A DNA stretch of 64,000 nt from Felis catus (GCF_018350175.1 NC_058370.1:20336001-20400000); one strand, 5' to 3'; shown: positions 46,577-59,562, counted from the first letter of the stretch. The notes: generated by a model from the letters alone, not told the origin. Translations and numbers: made by a program.

Positions 46577-47151
46577 TACCTTGCTGTTCGCAAATCTATT
46601 CCCGAGTTCGCATTAAAATTTAAAGCAACGTCATGCGACAGGTTCAAGCCCTGGGTTATTTCACGTTGGTTTAGCTTTAGCGGAGTTTGTTGTTGCTTGT
46701 TTCATAAAGTCAGGGGGACCTGGGGAGAGGGGGACACTTAGGAAACCATTTAGCCAGGCGACTCTGCTTTTTACCTTTTTTTTTCAGGCAGGAAGACAAA
46801 ATTGTGTCTGACATACAGAGAAAGGTTGTTTTAGACATTCACTTCTGAACCAGCTAAGCCTTAGCAATCTTTCCTGTTCAACCTTGTACCCGCTTTAAAA
46901 GGCTGTTTTTAAAACCTTTGAGAGCCAAACTATTATTTTATTAAAATATAAACAAAACACGTATTGAGTAGCGACTACGGGCTAAGCACTCAGTAATACC
47001 CGTCTAGGACTCAATTGTGCTGGAGAAGGACCATAACTCCCGTGTTCTCCGTAGCCATGGCTTTATGAAATTACAACACCACAGAGAATAAATAGCCAGA
47101 GGGACGGATACACAATTTGAAGCAATCTGAATACTTGAGCAGAATATTTGC

Positions 47152-47174
47152 GTGTGTGTGTGTGTGTGTGTGTG
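47152..47174. repeat. (TG)11 microsatellite
   Basis: Direct reading. Confidence 0.9.
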
Positions 47175-48222
47175 GTGTAAGTTTTGAGTAAATGCAGATA
47201 GAAAATGCTGTACCAACGTCTTGAAGAGACATTGGTATATAAAGGGGGTGAAACTCCGAAAATCTACAAATAGGACAGCTCTACCCAATGCTCTCTCTAG
47301 TTTTTTGGTTTGTTTGGTGCGCAAGGCATTTGCTTGCTGTATCCGTCCAGCATCCATTTCAACTACGTACCATTATTCTGAGCTCCCTGAACTATTTTAA
47401 TCTATTACTTTGTGGAGATAGAGGTTTGCGCTGCACATGGTGTGGCTGGTCTCAGAGGAAGAAGCTAGAGAGACACTAGCTTCTCCACAAAGCTTTATTT
47501 TTCACGGTGTTACGTACCGGAGATGGGTGAAGGTTTTGTGTCAATATCAAGGGACTGTGTTACATGCAGATTCCTTGGGACCTAGAGAGAAACCCAAAGC
47601 CTGACCAGTGGGCAGATGTCCAATGCTGAGTAAAAGCCCAGCACGGCCAACGGCCTTTCCGTTTGGTCTGGAATGATTTCTAATCCCTCACGGGTCAAAG
47701 AGTATGAACGATACCGTTTCCACGCCTTCCACCTGCTTGTTCGTTCTTCTGATCTGGAACACCTGAAAAATGGATGTTCTTGGTGAAGGTTAGAAATCTC
47801 GTCAAATATTTAGAGTGCTAGTGCAATAATCCCAATGCATGTTTTGTTGCTCATCGTGTGTGCTTCCATTTAAAGCTCAAGCCAGGAAAGGGAAGGGGAG
47901 GGGGTGACCCGCGAACATGCTGTTATGGTGGCAGAAACGCCTCTTGGGGCATTTTACCCTCCAAGCATTCAAGTGTCACGCACAGTCAAGAGTATACGGG
48001 TGATAGGAGACAGGCAATGAAGGCGAGTTTCTTGAGGAACATCTTTCTTAGCATAAAAGAAAGCCAGTTTGTTTCCTGCGAGTGACAGAGGTGAAGAGAG
48101 GTATTCTAGAAGCCCTCCTCCTGAAATTGTGGTCCCGGGACCAGCTCTGCAGAATCTGGGAGCTTGCCAGACACAGAGGCTTGCTCGCCCAGTCCAGACT
48201 TCAGAATCGGAATCTGCCTTTT

Positions 48223-49143
48223 ATTGTCCTATCAACTAATTGAAGGGTAATTTTTACATGATAAGCCACATCCATTTAAAAAAAATTTTTATGTTTTTTA
48301 TTTATTTTTGAGAACAATAGAGACAGAGCATGAACAGGGGAGGGGCAGAGAGAGAGGGAGACGCAGAATCCCAAACAGGCTCCAGGCTCCGAGCTGTCCG
48401 CACAGAGCCCGACGTGCGGCTCGAACTCACAGACCGCGAGATCATGACCTGAGCTGAAGTCAGACGCTCCACCGACTGAGCCACCCAGGTGCCCCAAAGC
48501 CACATCCATGTAAAGAGTGAGCCTTTTAAATGAATTTTGACGGTTGTCTACACGTAGGAAACCATCATGACAACCAAAACACGAGATGTTCCATCACCCC
48601 AAAAGATCGCACCCCTTTGCAGCCTTTTCGTCCCCCTGCCCAGGCACAGGTAGCCACTGCCCTGTTTTCGGTTACCGTAGATTAGTTCACGTTTTATAGC
48701 CACGGAACCCCCGAGGAGGCTCTTCTTTGAGTCTGGCCTCTTGCACTCTGAAAAATGCTTTGGAGACTCACTCATGCTAGGGAGTAGATCAGTAGCTCAC
48801 TCTTTTCTGTGCACTCCACGATGTGTACCTACTGCCTCTGACTACCATGGATGAACCTGCCGTGAGCATCCCCATGGAAGTCTCTGTGAGGGTATCTCTT
48901 TGGGCGTGGAACGGCTGGGTCATAGGCTGTGTGTGTTTAACTTTTTAAGAACATGCCAGTTTTCCCAAGGGACTTCACCATCCCACATTCCCACCGGCAG
49001 GACATGTGAATTCAGGTTGCCCCATACCCTCAACAACACTTTGGTCTTACTAGTCTCTTCAATTTTAGTTATTCCAGTGATGTGTCGTGCTATCGCTTTG
49101 GAGGTTTAATTTGCATTTTCCTGATCAATAGTGGATGTTAAGA
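48223..49143 (-). mobile_element. LINE-1 3' end (antisense)
   Basis: ccatcaccccaaaag...cccaggcacaggtagccactg...tttaactttttaagaac...ggtttaatttgcatttt; TSD gaatctgcctttt / gaatctgcatttt. Confidence 0.85.
48276..48495 (-). mobile_element. Can-SINE inside L1
   Basis: TSD aagccacatccat at 48263-48275 and 48497-48509. Confidence 0.97.
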
Positions 49144-49524
49144 GAATCTGCATTTTGACAAGAGCCCCCCTGTGCTTTGTACACACAGGATATGTACGCA
49201 GCCGTGTGGGAGAGCCCTCGAGCAGACAGAGGAGGTCCAGCGTGAGGGTTGGCGGAAGCGACGATAAGAGGCAGGAACCACAGTAAGCTCAGTGATGGGT
49301 GATGACCGCCCATTCGAGGTAACTCCAATCCCCATGGGTGGGTACTTTCACCGGCAGCGTAAGAACTGAACTGGCATGGGGTAGGTGTCTGCTGCGATTG
49401 ATTATTTCTTCCCGAAACACATACTTTTCTTCTGATTTTGGAAACCAGACACAGTTTAAAAAAGAAACTGAAAACTCCCACAGACCCATGATGTACTGAG
49501 CATCTTTTTAAGCTAAAGCTGTGG

Positions 49525-49990
49525 TGCTTTATTGCTTTTTTATTGCCGCTCGAACACATTACCGTAGCATACTGATTTCTTATCTTACAGGCTGGACGTC
49601 AGAAGTCTGACAATGAGATGCATGGGGCTAAAATCAAGGTGTTGACAGAGCTGCGCTCCTTCTGGGAAGAATTTTGCCTTTTTTAGCCTCAAGAGGCTCC
49701 CTATTCCTGGGCAGGTGGTCCCCTTCCGGCAACGACGGTATGCCAACTGCTACTTTCTCCTCTGAACACCTCCTTCTTGGATGCTGACTATTGTCTCTTT
49801 TTCCCCTCACTTCGAGAGTCTCCTGTGGTCACATTGGGCCCTCCCGGATAATCCAGGACAATCTCCCCATCTCGAGATCCTTAACTTAATCACATCTGCA
49901 AAGTTCCTTTTTCCCCGTGAACTCATCTATTCACAGATTCCAGGAATTACAATGTGGACATATCTGGGGACCATTATTCTGCCTACCACA
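49525..49990 (-). mobile_element. MLT1D-type MaLR LTR
   Basis: gggctaaaatcaaggtgttgacagagctgcgctccttctgg...ggataatccaggacaatctccccatctc...ccattattctgcctaccaca. Confidence 0.85.
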
Positions 49991-50215
49991 CATGCACCTC
50001 TTTCCAGCCATCTTTTTCTCTATCTAGTATCACAGTATTTAAATACGTCGTAAGTCAGAATGATTTGCAAATCCTCCCCCCTCTTCCATGTAAGGAGAAA
50101 AGATATGTGTCATGATAGTAACACCTACCAGTCCTGACAGCAATAATGAGAATAACGGTTCACATTTATTCAGTTATTAAACCAATGTTCTATGTAACTC
50201 GTATGTACCCATTCG

Positions 50216-50442
50216 TTTTAATTTTTTCGAGTTTATTTATTTTGAGAGAGAGAGGGAGAAAGAGTGCGTGTGCATGCGCAGGGGAGGGGCAGAGAGAGAG
50301 AAGAAGAGAGAGAATCCCCAGCAGGCTCGAGGCTGACAACACAGGGCCTGACACAAGGCTTGATCCCACGAACCATGAGATCACGACCTGAGCTGAAATC
50401 AAGCGTTGGATGCTTAACTGACTGAGCCACCCAGTCGCCCCC
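50216..50442 (-). mobile_element. Can-SINE
   Basis: Reverse head and tail; sits in a MIR relic (about 50160-50970). Confidence 0.93.
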
Positions 50443-50460
50443 TTACTCATTTAATAACCC

Positions 50461-50812
50461 TGCCACAGCCAGAATGTTTGTGTTTCCCCCAAAATCCGTA
50501 TGTCGAAATCCTAACCCCCAAGATAATGCTTGATGCTTTGGGAAGTGCTTCGGTCACGAAGGTAGAGCCCTCATGAATGGGATTAGTGATCTTCCAGAAG
50601 AGGCCCCACATTGCCTGTAGCCCCTTCCACCATGCGAGGACACAGACGGAGGTTCTGTGAGCCAGGAAGTGGATCCTCACCAGATCTCAAATCTGCCAGC
50701 ACCTTGATCTTGGACTTCCCAGTCTCCAGAAGGGCAAGCAATAAATTTCTTTTGTTTATGAAGCCACCCAGTTTGTAGCATTTTATTAGAGCAGCCCAAA
50801 CAGACGGAGACG
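50461..50812 (+). mobile_element. MLT1A0-type MaLR solo LTR
   Basis: gaatgtttgtgtttcccccaaaat...agccctcatgaatgggattagtg...gcaccttgatcttggacttccc...gcagcccaaacagac; TSD aaccc/aacct. Confidence 0.92.
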
Positions 50813-51924
50813 AACCTGACGAGGCTGTCCCTGTTATCGTTTCCATCTCACAGGTGTGGAACAGAGGCCCAGAGAGATTCGGAAACTCACCCAAGATCAC
50901 ACAGGTAGGCCATTTCAAAGGCGGGACCCAAACTCTGGCTCTGGGGCTCGGGTGTTCGTTTTTTTACGCACGGGGCAAGTCGGATTTCTCCAGAGAAACA
51001 GAGCCAATGGGATGTGTATTTAAAAGGAGATTTAAAAAGAGGGCAGAGGAGATGGGGATGAGAAGGAACGGAGGACGTGAGCCACAGCGTAAATGTCAGC
51101 TGGAATTTTTAGAGGCGAAGAGAGAGCCGAGCGGGAGGAATACAGTAGCCAGCTGCTGGAGGTTACTGGGCTCTGGGATGAAGCGGTTATAAGAAGGGCT
51201 GTCAGAATGTCTCCTGCATGACGAGCCATGGAACACTTCCCTGGTATCCCAGAGAAGCCACCAGAAGGCCCACGCCTCCTGTCAATGCTTCGGGGTTAGC
51301 TGGATCCCCACCTCTTTGTTTTCCTGGATCTCTTGCTTCTCCGGTGAGGGAAGGAGCCTTCGTCTCGCTCAGGGATCTAGGCTAGCTACTGTCTCTGCTG
51401 CTTTTGAGTTCCCTCCTGGTTGTCGTTTTTTGTTTGTTTTTAACCTGTTTTCATGCTACAACATGAGCGTCTTCCTGCAATCGAAAGATTTTCCAAAAAC
51501 ACGGCTTGAATGACCACCTGCCATCTTCCGTCCTAATGCCTCGTAACTGTTGGTGTACGTGACAGTAGTTGTGTCGGGCCAGGATGAACGGCCACATGGA
51601 CGAGCAGGGCTGTCCTTGAGAGCCGAGGGGGTCCTCGCACCCTGTGCCTACCTGGGAGAGTCCTCTCCGGCCTTGCGGTGTGCATTTGGAGCAAGGTATT
51701 TCCTGAACAGGCGGTTGAGGGAGAAGTAGCAATTGCCATGCACCGATTGCTGGCTGCTCCCTGCATTCTCCAGGAGAACAAAATGGACTTTTTCGCTCTC
51801 AGGGTCACAACGTGCAATTGTACATTGTGTCCGTTGGCGGGGGGCCAGAAAAGGCACACGGGCCCTTTGCGTGGGACTAGTATGATTCTGACCGAACTAC
51901 CTTCCATTAGGAAGCAAAAGTTGT

Positions 51925-52110
51925 GGGGCCCCCCGGGTGGCCCCGTCAGGTGAGCGTCTAACTCTGTTTCGCTCAGGTCATGATCCCAGGGTCGTGGGAC
52001 AGAGCCCCGAGCCCCAAAGGAGAGATGCTCTCTTTCGCTCTCCCTTCGCCCCTCCCCCGCCTCTAAAAAATACAAATTAAAAATTAAGTATGTTTTTTTA
52101 AATAGAAAAA
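51925..52110 (+). mobile_element. Older, internally deleted Can-SINE
   Basis: gctcaggtcatgatcccagggtcgtggga; TSD aggaagcaaaagtt / aggaaggaaaagtt. Confidence 0.85.
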
Positions 52111-52276
52111 AAGGAAGGAAAAGTTTTCAGACAGATCATCCCAAACCAGACACATTCTCAAAAACAAATGAGGCAGCCTTGTCACCATTAATTTGTATTG
52201 TCATTATTATTTACCCTAATAATAATGGCACTCACTGAATATATACCATTTGGCAAGCACCATATTTATTGCATGC

Positions 52277-52497
52277 TTTAATTTTTTTTAATGTTTATTT
52301 ATTTTTGAGAGAGAGAGAGAAAGACAGAGCGTGGGGGGGGGGGGGCAGAGAGAGAGAGGGAGACACAGAATCGGAGGCAGGCTCCAGGCTCCGAGCTGTC
52401 AGCACAGAGCCTGACGCGGGGCTCGAACTCACAAGCAGTGAGATCATGACGTGAGCTGAAGTCAGATGCTTAACCGACTGAGCCACCCAGGGGCCCC
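52277..52497 (-). mobile_element. Can-SINE
   Basis: Canonical reverse copy. Confidence 0.95.
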
Positions 52498-53489
52498 TTT
52501 AAATAAATTCTCTTATTTCATCTTTTTTTTTTTTTTTAAGAAACTCATGAGGGAGAGACCATCCCTGTATTCTAACGAAGGAAACAGATTTGGAGACTGT
52601 CACTTGCCTAGGCTCCTGTAACAAGTCGGACCTCAAGCTCAGGTTTATTTGATTCCAAATTCCAGCCTCTTCACCTTGGGTCCAGGGCTGCTCGCATCAG
52701 GGCCCGATCTGATGACGTATATTCATAATTTATGACACGTCAGAGGCAACTGCCCAGGAGTTCTGTGCTACTCAGATCAGGGCTCCCCGCCTCTTCCTGC
52801 CATCACGCCCAAGTCTCACTCCCAGGGGCTGCACCTCTGCTCTCTGTACCCCCACGACCGACCAGAGCCCTGCTTGCGTGGAATCGCAATCCTTGCGCCT
52901 GGCCACCTGGACCAGCCCCAAGGGCACCGTCAGATATTAAGGCCTGGCCCAGCAAAACTGGGGGTGGTCCTTGTTCTCCCAGAGTAGCAGACAAACCTGA
53001 CGGGCTAGACCTCAGCCCCAGCCTCTTCCATCTTCTTTATATCTGTTGGGGCCCAGGGTCCCGCCCAGCCTGGCTTTGGGGTTTTCGTGTATCTCATCAG
53101 TCGCAACCACATGCCCCATCAGCCCATGTTCTGGGTCTGTTAATATGCATCGTGCCTTGGTATTTAGAAATGGTTTGCAGGGAGGGAGCTGGGATGTCAC
53201 GAGGTACTGCGAAGACAAAACATTAGGCATTTATTATAAGTAACCTTGTAATAGTGCTCACTTTATTTTCAAGGAAAAATCCTTATTACTCACACGTTCT
53301 CTAGATGTATGCTTTTCAGTATTTCTTCAGAATTGCCTATAAATCTAATTCTCTATTGCTAAATAAGGTAACCAGCCCTCATTAAGAAGGTTTGAGTCTA
53401 TCTTATCCGTCCCACGAACAGGACGAGAAAAAAAATCTCGTATCGCTGCACGAGAAGTCGAGAGTGCCGAGATCTTGGGAAAAAGTGGT

Positions 53490-53621
53490 NNNNNNNNNNN
53501 NNNNNNNNNNNNNNNNNNNNNNNNNNNNNNNNNNNNNNNNNNNNNNNNNNNNNNNNNNNNNNNNNNNNNNNNNNNNNNNNNNNNNNNNNNNNNNNNNNNN
53601 NNNNNNNNNNNNNNNNNNNNN
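53490..53621. other. Assembly gap (132 N)
   Basis: N run. Confidence 1.
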
Positions 53622-54699
53622 TTAGAAATTAATTGATAGCTAATTCATTTGCTATCAACTATTTCATTCTTTGCCAGCTGAGAAGTTCAACTTATTAATG
53701 ATAAACAGAGGCAGGAGAAGGGAGGACTTGTCCTTTCCAAGCTCTGCGTCGGCCTGCTGTAAAAGGCAATGGTCCCCATGAGGTCTTCGTCCCATCCGAA
53801 GGGCGCAGTCTTCAGGTCTAGAGGGAGAGGCCCAGTCAGACCTTTCCAAACCGTCACCATCACAGGCCCATACAAACAACACAGGAGGGGGCCAGAAAGT
53901 CTCTCCGCGAGGAACAGGTGGGATACGTTCAAACTAGGCAGAAGGTGTGTACGTGGTCCTTGGGAGCAGTTATAAATGAAATACCTGGGGACCCGTCCTC
54001 GGGAACACGGAGGAGATATGTTTTGGGTGGCTCGAGACAGTAGAGCAGTGGACTAAAATTACAAGGAGGAGACAGGAAGCTGAGCTCCCTAGATGCCCCT
54101 GCGGGGAAGGGCTTGCTACCCCAAACACTGGAAGCACAGCCAGTAAATTACCCACCCACTCCTTCGGGCTTTGCCACAGCTGTAGAAAGGTGCCCTCAGC
54201 AAGGCACACTCTTCCTGGGGCGGCGTCCAGCCACTGAATGATCGCAGGATGCTCCGGGTCAGCCGACTGTAACAACCCTGAGAGGCCCTATATGCTACGA
54301 AAGTCCCGGCGGGGCTGGCCAAGCCTTTGTGAATGTATTACATCGACACTTCCCCTTTGTCCTTATCAATATTCCACATACTAAGTCCCACCTTCTGCTT
54401 CTGCAGAACCTAATTTGCAACACGTATGGGAAAATGACGATGTTTGTGTCCATCGTAAGCGCTGTTATGGCTCCTGACCTAGTATGTTGAGCCACTTGGT
54501 TCCTTCAAACTGCCCACAACTATCTCTGGGAGTCACCACATGGTGTTTCCCGGGCAGTCCCCATGGCTACGGCAGGGTTTCAGCTCTTTTTGACCTTTCC
54601 TACTCTATTGTTTTTGCCTCTGTCCAAAGCTACGTTACCTACTTATGGCAACATTTCCTCCTGTGGCAGAAATTGCCTGTTGACCACCGCATCTGCCTC

Positions 54700-55035
54700 T
54701 TCCTTGGGCAAAGAACTGGACCGGACTCCCCAGCCAGGGTGGCCATGTGAATGAGGTCCAGACAACAGAAAGCGACACAGGTGATGTGTGCCTGTTTGAG
54801 TCCTGGACACCCCACACACATGATTCTCCGAGAGCTCTCCTCTTGCACTGGCCGAATGCAGATGAGTCTGAGACCCAAGATGGAAGAAGCCTAGGTCTCA
54901 ACATCTGGCCAGCGTGGAAGGCCTCCCTCAGGTCAGGAATACCCATTTCCTTAGGTGGGAGATGAACTTCTATTGCTGTAAATCACCAGGATTTGGTGGT
55001 TCATCAGTTACAACAGCCGCGGCTGACTGGACCAA
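54700..55035 (+). mobile_element. Old MaLR LTR (MLT1J-like)
   Basis: gtggccatgtga...caagatggaagaagcctaggtc...aacttctattg...gatttggtggtt...gttacaacagc. Confidence 0.6.
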
Positions 55036-56285
55036 GATGGCACCCATCAGATACCACTGCCTACCGCCAGGCATTCTCCTGGACACTTCTGCCATTTCCT
55101 GGGATACCTGCATTTCCTACCAATCACCAACCCTGCCACTGATGAAACCCTGTAGACCCCAAATCTCAAAATGACTCCACATTCTCAACACACAGAAGTC
55201 AAGAAGAGTTTTTAGGAATGTGAACAGACCATGCCTCCATCCTTCCTCTGTGTGTAATTACTCATGAATGAATGGGCCTCAGAGTAATGTTAATCATCCC
55301 CTAACATAATAAGTATCTGGAACCATTCTTTAGAGTTTTATTGAAGCAGAGACTCCTCCCCACAAGAGGCCGACCCAAAAGATAAATAGGATCAACACTG
55401 AGCTCTATTCGGAATACCCCCTTCCCTTTTGGTGACTAGATTTGGGGTTCAAGTCATGCTATTCTTGACTCTCTCTTTCTTGACCTTGAATTTTCTCCTT
55501 TAGGCTCCTCAGTGAGCCCTCAGTGCCAACAGACTTCTAAAAGATTGGCTTCAGCAAGTTCTCCCATTTGGCTCCGTGAGGGCAGGGACCTCACTGGCCT
55601 TTTTGACCGCTGGATCCCCAGCATCTAAATAGTTTTTGGTGTACAGAAGGTGCACAGTGATGTTTGTAAAATGAATAGTGGACATGTGACATTGAGTAAA
55701 CAGCAGAACGGATGACCAGGAGAGACCTTTTCCAGTCCTGTACCGCGGTCAGTCTCGGGGGGAAGAAAGCTTCAAGGGATAGAGATAGATTTGCCATCTG
55801 TGATGACTCGTTTTTTTAAAAACAAGTGCCATTTTCACTGAAGCAAGAAAACAGCTATAACCTCAAACCATCAACCATGAAGCGTACTAGACATGTACTA
55901 TGAAATCTGTACAAGGTACAGAGGTAGACGTAAAACTTACCATCTAACAAGGTAAAAGCTTAACATCTCACATTTCACTGTAGACCTTAAGCACGGAACA
56001 ATTTTCCTAGAAGTAACAATTAGGATCCTAAGAGCTTCAGCCAATTGTTCTTCGATTAGAGCCACATGCTTTAGGGAGATAGATCTCCAGAGCAGGGAGT
56101 ACATTCCTCTAGAAACTTCTGGAGAGGGGGTGTCTAAAGAAGACACTAGAGACGCACCAATTTCATTCTCTTTTATCATCCTTCTAGATGAAGTTGTCAG
56201 ATGCCAGGGGACGGAAAGTAAATGGAAAGTAGCACAGAGAGGCTTGTTATTCAAACTGTGGTCTGAGGAGCCTCAGTTCATTAAA

Positions 56286-56654
56286 TGTGTCAGTTGACTG
56301 GCCTTGGTTCCCAGATATTTAGTCAAAATCTAGTGTCGGGTTTTTGTGCAAGCATTTTTGATAGGATTAACATTTACATCAGTAGACTTTGAGTCAAACA
56401 GCTCGCCCTCCACGGTGTGGGTGGGCCTCATCTAATCAGGGGAAGGCCTTAAGAAAAGAAAAATCTGGAAAGAAGAGGAATTCTGCCCACAGACTGGCTT
56501 TGGACTAAAATCACCACTCTTCCCTGGATCTCCAGCCTGCCAGTCTACCCTGCAGGTTTGGGATGCCAGCCTTCCAAAATTAAGTGAGCTGATCCCTGAA
56601 AATAAATATCTCTCCCTGTGCTATTCTGTTTCTCCGGAGAACCTGGACTAACAA
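56286..56654 (+). mobile_element. MLT2-type ERVL solo LTR
   Basis: tgtgtcagttgactggcc...cccagatatttagtcaaa...agtagactttgagt...tgtgggtgggcctcatctaatcag...ttctgtttctccggagaacctggactaa. Confidence 0.9.
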
Positions 56655-56814
56655 AAAGCATCTCTAAATCCACTTACCCCTGTGTCGTTTTTTTCTACAA
56701 TCTCTCATCCTCTGGGAAGAAAAGAACATCACTGGTCCTGGGACTCTAAACTCATGGTCTAGCCTACTCATCTGGCATTTTGCTTTGACTGACATAAAAT
56801 GTCTTATAAGTTGA

Positions 56815-57027
56815 GGGGCGCCTGGGTGGCTCGGTCGGTTGGGCGTCCGACTTCGGCTCAGGTCATGATCTCACGGTTCGTGGGTTCGAGCCCCACGTCG
56901 GGCTCTGGGCTGACAGCTCAGAGCCTGGAACCGGCTGCAGATTCTGTGTCTCCCTCTCTCTCTGCCCCTCCCCCACTTGTGCTCTCTCTCTCTCAAAAAT
57001 AAATAAACATTAAAAAAAAATTTTTTT
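56815..57027 (+). mobile_element. Can-SINE
   Basis: TSD gtcttataagttg / gtcttctaagttg. Confidence 0.96.
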
Positions 57028-58376
57028 AAGTCTTCTAAGTTGCAATTAGTTTCTTTATGCAAAAACATTGTCTCATGCACGTAAGCACCCGTTTGCAGCT
57101 TCCAGAGAGTCACTGGGCCCATTTAAGGTAAAACAAAAGTCTGGCCAAGGCTGGCGTGAGTTTCTGTCTTCAGTGTAAGAGAGGTGTCCAGGGGCTCAGT
57201 TTCCCTTCTTGTGTAAACTCTCGAAGGTCTCTTGTGAGGCGTAATCCAGTCTCTTCAGTGAGGGGCCACGGAACTCATGCCGCTTCAAGCATTCTCAACA
57301 TCCCACCAGTAAAGTCCTGTCTACACGGACCTTCGGTCCATTCAGCCGACCGTTGTAAGACAAGCAATGAGTTGTCCCAGTGGTCCGGCTTCTGTCCTTT
57401 CCCACCATCTTACAGGGTCTCGGACTATCGCACTCTGTGCATGTCGTCTTTAGATATTGTACTGTGACCGACCAAAGAGAGTGTGTCTACCTCATCTCTG
57501 GGTCTCAAACAGAAGTAGAAGGATCACCTGCACATCTTGTTCAATGTGCAGAATTCTACTGCTCCTCCAGCATCTTTCCCCTCCCTCCACCTCAGGATTC
57601 TGATTCACGAGGAGCGGGTCCCTGGAATCAACACGTTCTCCAGATGATGCCAGTGTAGCTGGTTCGCAGACCACACTGAGAAACACGTGGCCAAAGAATC
57701 TGAGGTTCTCGACGAGATTCGGTGACAAGTGGAATGAATATGAGTTGAAAGAGTTATGAGAGTAATGGCAGGGTGACTTACAGGTTACTTCCAATCGCTT
57801 GAATCCCCTGGACCCAGGTTTAGTTCATCTTGTTTGTTGGGTCACAGGCTTCCTGAAACATGGTCAAGTGACAAATTGCTGTTCCTGTCTCCAACGGAAG
57901 AAGTGAATGTCTACCAGCAGTCCCAGACACAAGGAAAGAGGCTCTCAGACCCTGTCGTATGAATCCAGATCTTCTAGGTTTTATCAAATCACTTAATGCT
58001 TAGCAAACACAAACAGAATTGTGAAAGACCTAAGGAAGACCAGGAAAGGAAGGAAATGTTTAGATTTTCCCTCGCCCTCATAAGGGGATGCCTACTTAGA
58101 CCGATTCGGTTTTGTGAATTCCCAGCAAAGTGCGGCAAGTCAATATCATGTAAGAAGTAATCCAAAAGCTCCCAGCTCCGTGGCCTGTGACTTCGCGGAT
58201 TCTCCAAACAGGACTGATGAAACCCTGTGATGACCACAGTCAACCTAGAGCCAAGCTCAACCCTGCAGGTGATACGAAGCTCAGTGGAGACAAATTCTGC
58301 CTTACAATATAAGCCACAGCACAAGGCTTTAGAGAGTCAGTGAGATTTGCATCACACCTCGCAATAGGAAGCGCAA

Positions 58377-58597
58377 GGGGCGCCTGGGTGGCTCCGTCGG
58401 TGAAGCGGCCGACTTCGGCTCAGGTCACGATCTCGCGGTTCGTGAGTTCGAGCCCCACGTCGGCCTCTGTGCCGACAGCTCAGGGCCTGGAGCCTGTTTC
58501 GGATTCTGTGTCTCCCTCTCTCTCTGCCCCTCCCCCATTCATGCTCTGTCTCTCTCTGCCTTTCAAAAATGAATAAATGTTAAAAAAAAAAAAAAGA
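58377..58597 (+). mobile_element. Can-SINE
   Basis: TSD taggaagcgca / taggaagcaca. Confidence 0.96.
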
Positions 58598-59143
58598 ACT
58601 AGGAAGCACAGGAGCGATTCCTGCAAAGGAAGCACGAAGGGTGTGCATCAGTGACCACAATGAGAAGGCCTCTCTTATTTCTGCTCTCCTGTTGATCTCA
58701 CCGCATCACCTCCTGCATTAGGGGAGCAGAGGGGGCTTTGTTGCACCCTAATCGTGGCTTAAAAGTACCGACTCAAGCAAAGTCCGTAGGCAGTGTCTCA
58801 ACAACAAGGCCCGTGACTCGACCTGGGTCGTTGATAGACTGGAAGCCCACGCCGACCTTTAAAATAGAAAAGGCAAAGGAGCAAAGGAGGATAAATGAAT
58901 CCCAAAGGAGGTTCAACTTAAGCAATTTTACAGGTGCTTGAACAGAATGAAAAAAGCGTCTGGGGTCAGGGCTAGGCCCAGAAACCTGGGGACCATAATG
59001 GCACACAGCACAAAGCAGCAAACTTCATGACTCAACAAACACTGACAGGGTGTCTGTTCAGTGAGTTGAGGTGTTAAGTAAAGGAAGGAAACATGATAAA
59101 GGGAGAAGGGGGGGTTCTTGCTTTTGAAGGGGTTACTGTAGAT

Positions 59144-59365
59144 CTGGGTTGGCAATTATGTTTTCTATAAACAGCTAGAGAGTCAATATTTTAGGCTTTG
59201 GGAGCCTTATTGTCTCTGTTGCAACTACTCAACGCTGTTGTCACACAAAAGCAGTCACAGAAAACACGTAGGTGAGTGGACATAGCTGTGTTCCAATCAA
59301 AACTCCGCTTACACAGCCGGGCGGTGGGCTGGCCTTGGCCCCGTGGCCCAGTTTGTCGATCCTTG
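59144..59365 (-). mobile_element. Near full-length MER58A hAT element
   Basis: Terminal inverted ends ctgggttggcaa...tttgtcgatccttg, body aatattttaggctttg...gtctctgttgcaactactcaa...gctgtgttccaat; decayed 8-bp TSD ctgtagat/gtctagac. Confidence 0.85.
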
Positions 59366-59496
59366 GTCTAGACTCATAATAATAGAAGTTGTAATAATTA
59401 TTCTTGCTGGAGGAAACAGAACAGAGAGGAACCCAGTGGTCCTTAATGAACAAAGGAAGAAAATTGATACTTACGGGCAACTGTTACGTGCCAGGC

Positions 59497-59562
59497 AGGG
59501 TCTGGTCCAGGGTGAAGCAAGAGAGGTGTCTAGGATGCAAAATTGAAGGAGGTGCTCACTCT
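59497..59562. mobile_element. MER96-like fragment
   Basis: agggtgaagcaagagaggtgtctaggatgcaaaattgaaggaggtgctcactct. Confidence 0.6.

Larger units (their letters stand above)
48110..49210. mobile_element. MER5A split by an L1 insertion
   Basis: Left half tgtggtcccgggaccagc...tgggagcttg...gaatctgc; right half gaatctgcattttgacaaga.cccc. Confidence 0.65.

Noticed and set aside
46220-46741. ORFs spanning N gaps (also near 17066-17470, 30531, 53392)
   Set aside because: Open only because N codons carry no stops
58680-58730. Hairpin tctgctctcct / aggggagcaga as a pre-miRNA
   Set aside because: Only an 11-bp stem with a large loop; too short, and not a miRNA I recognise
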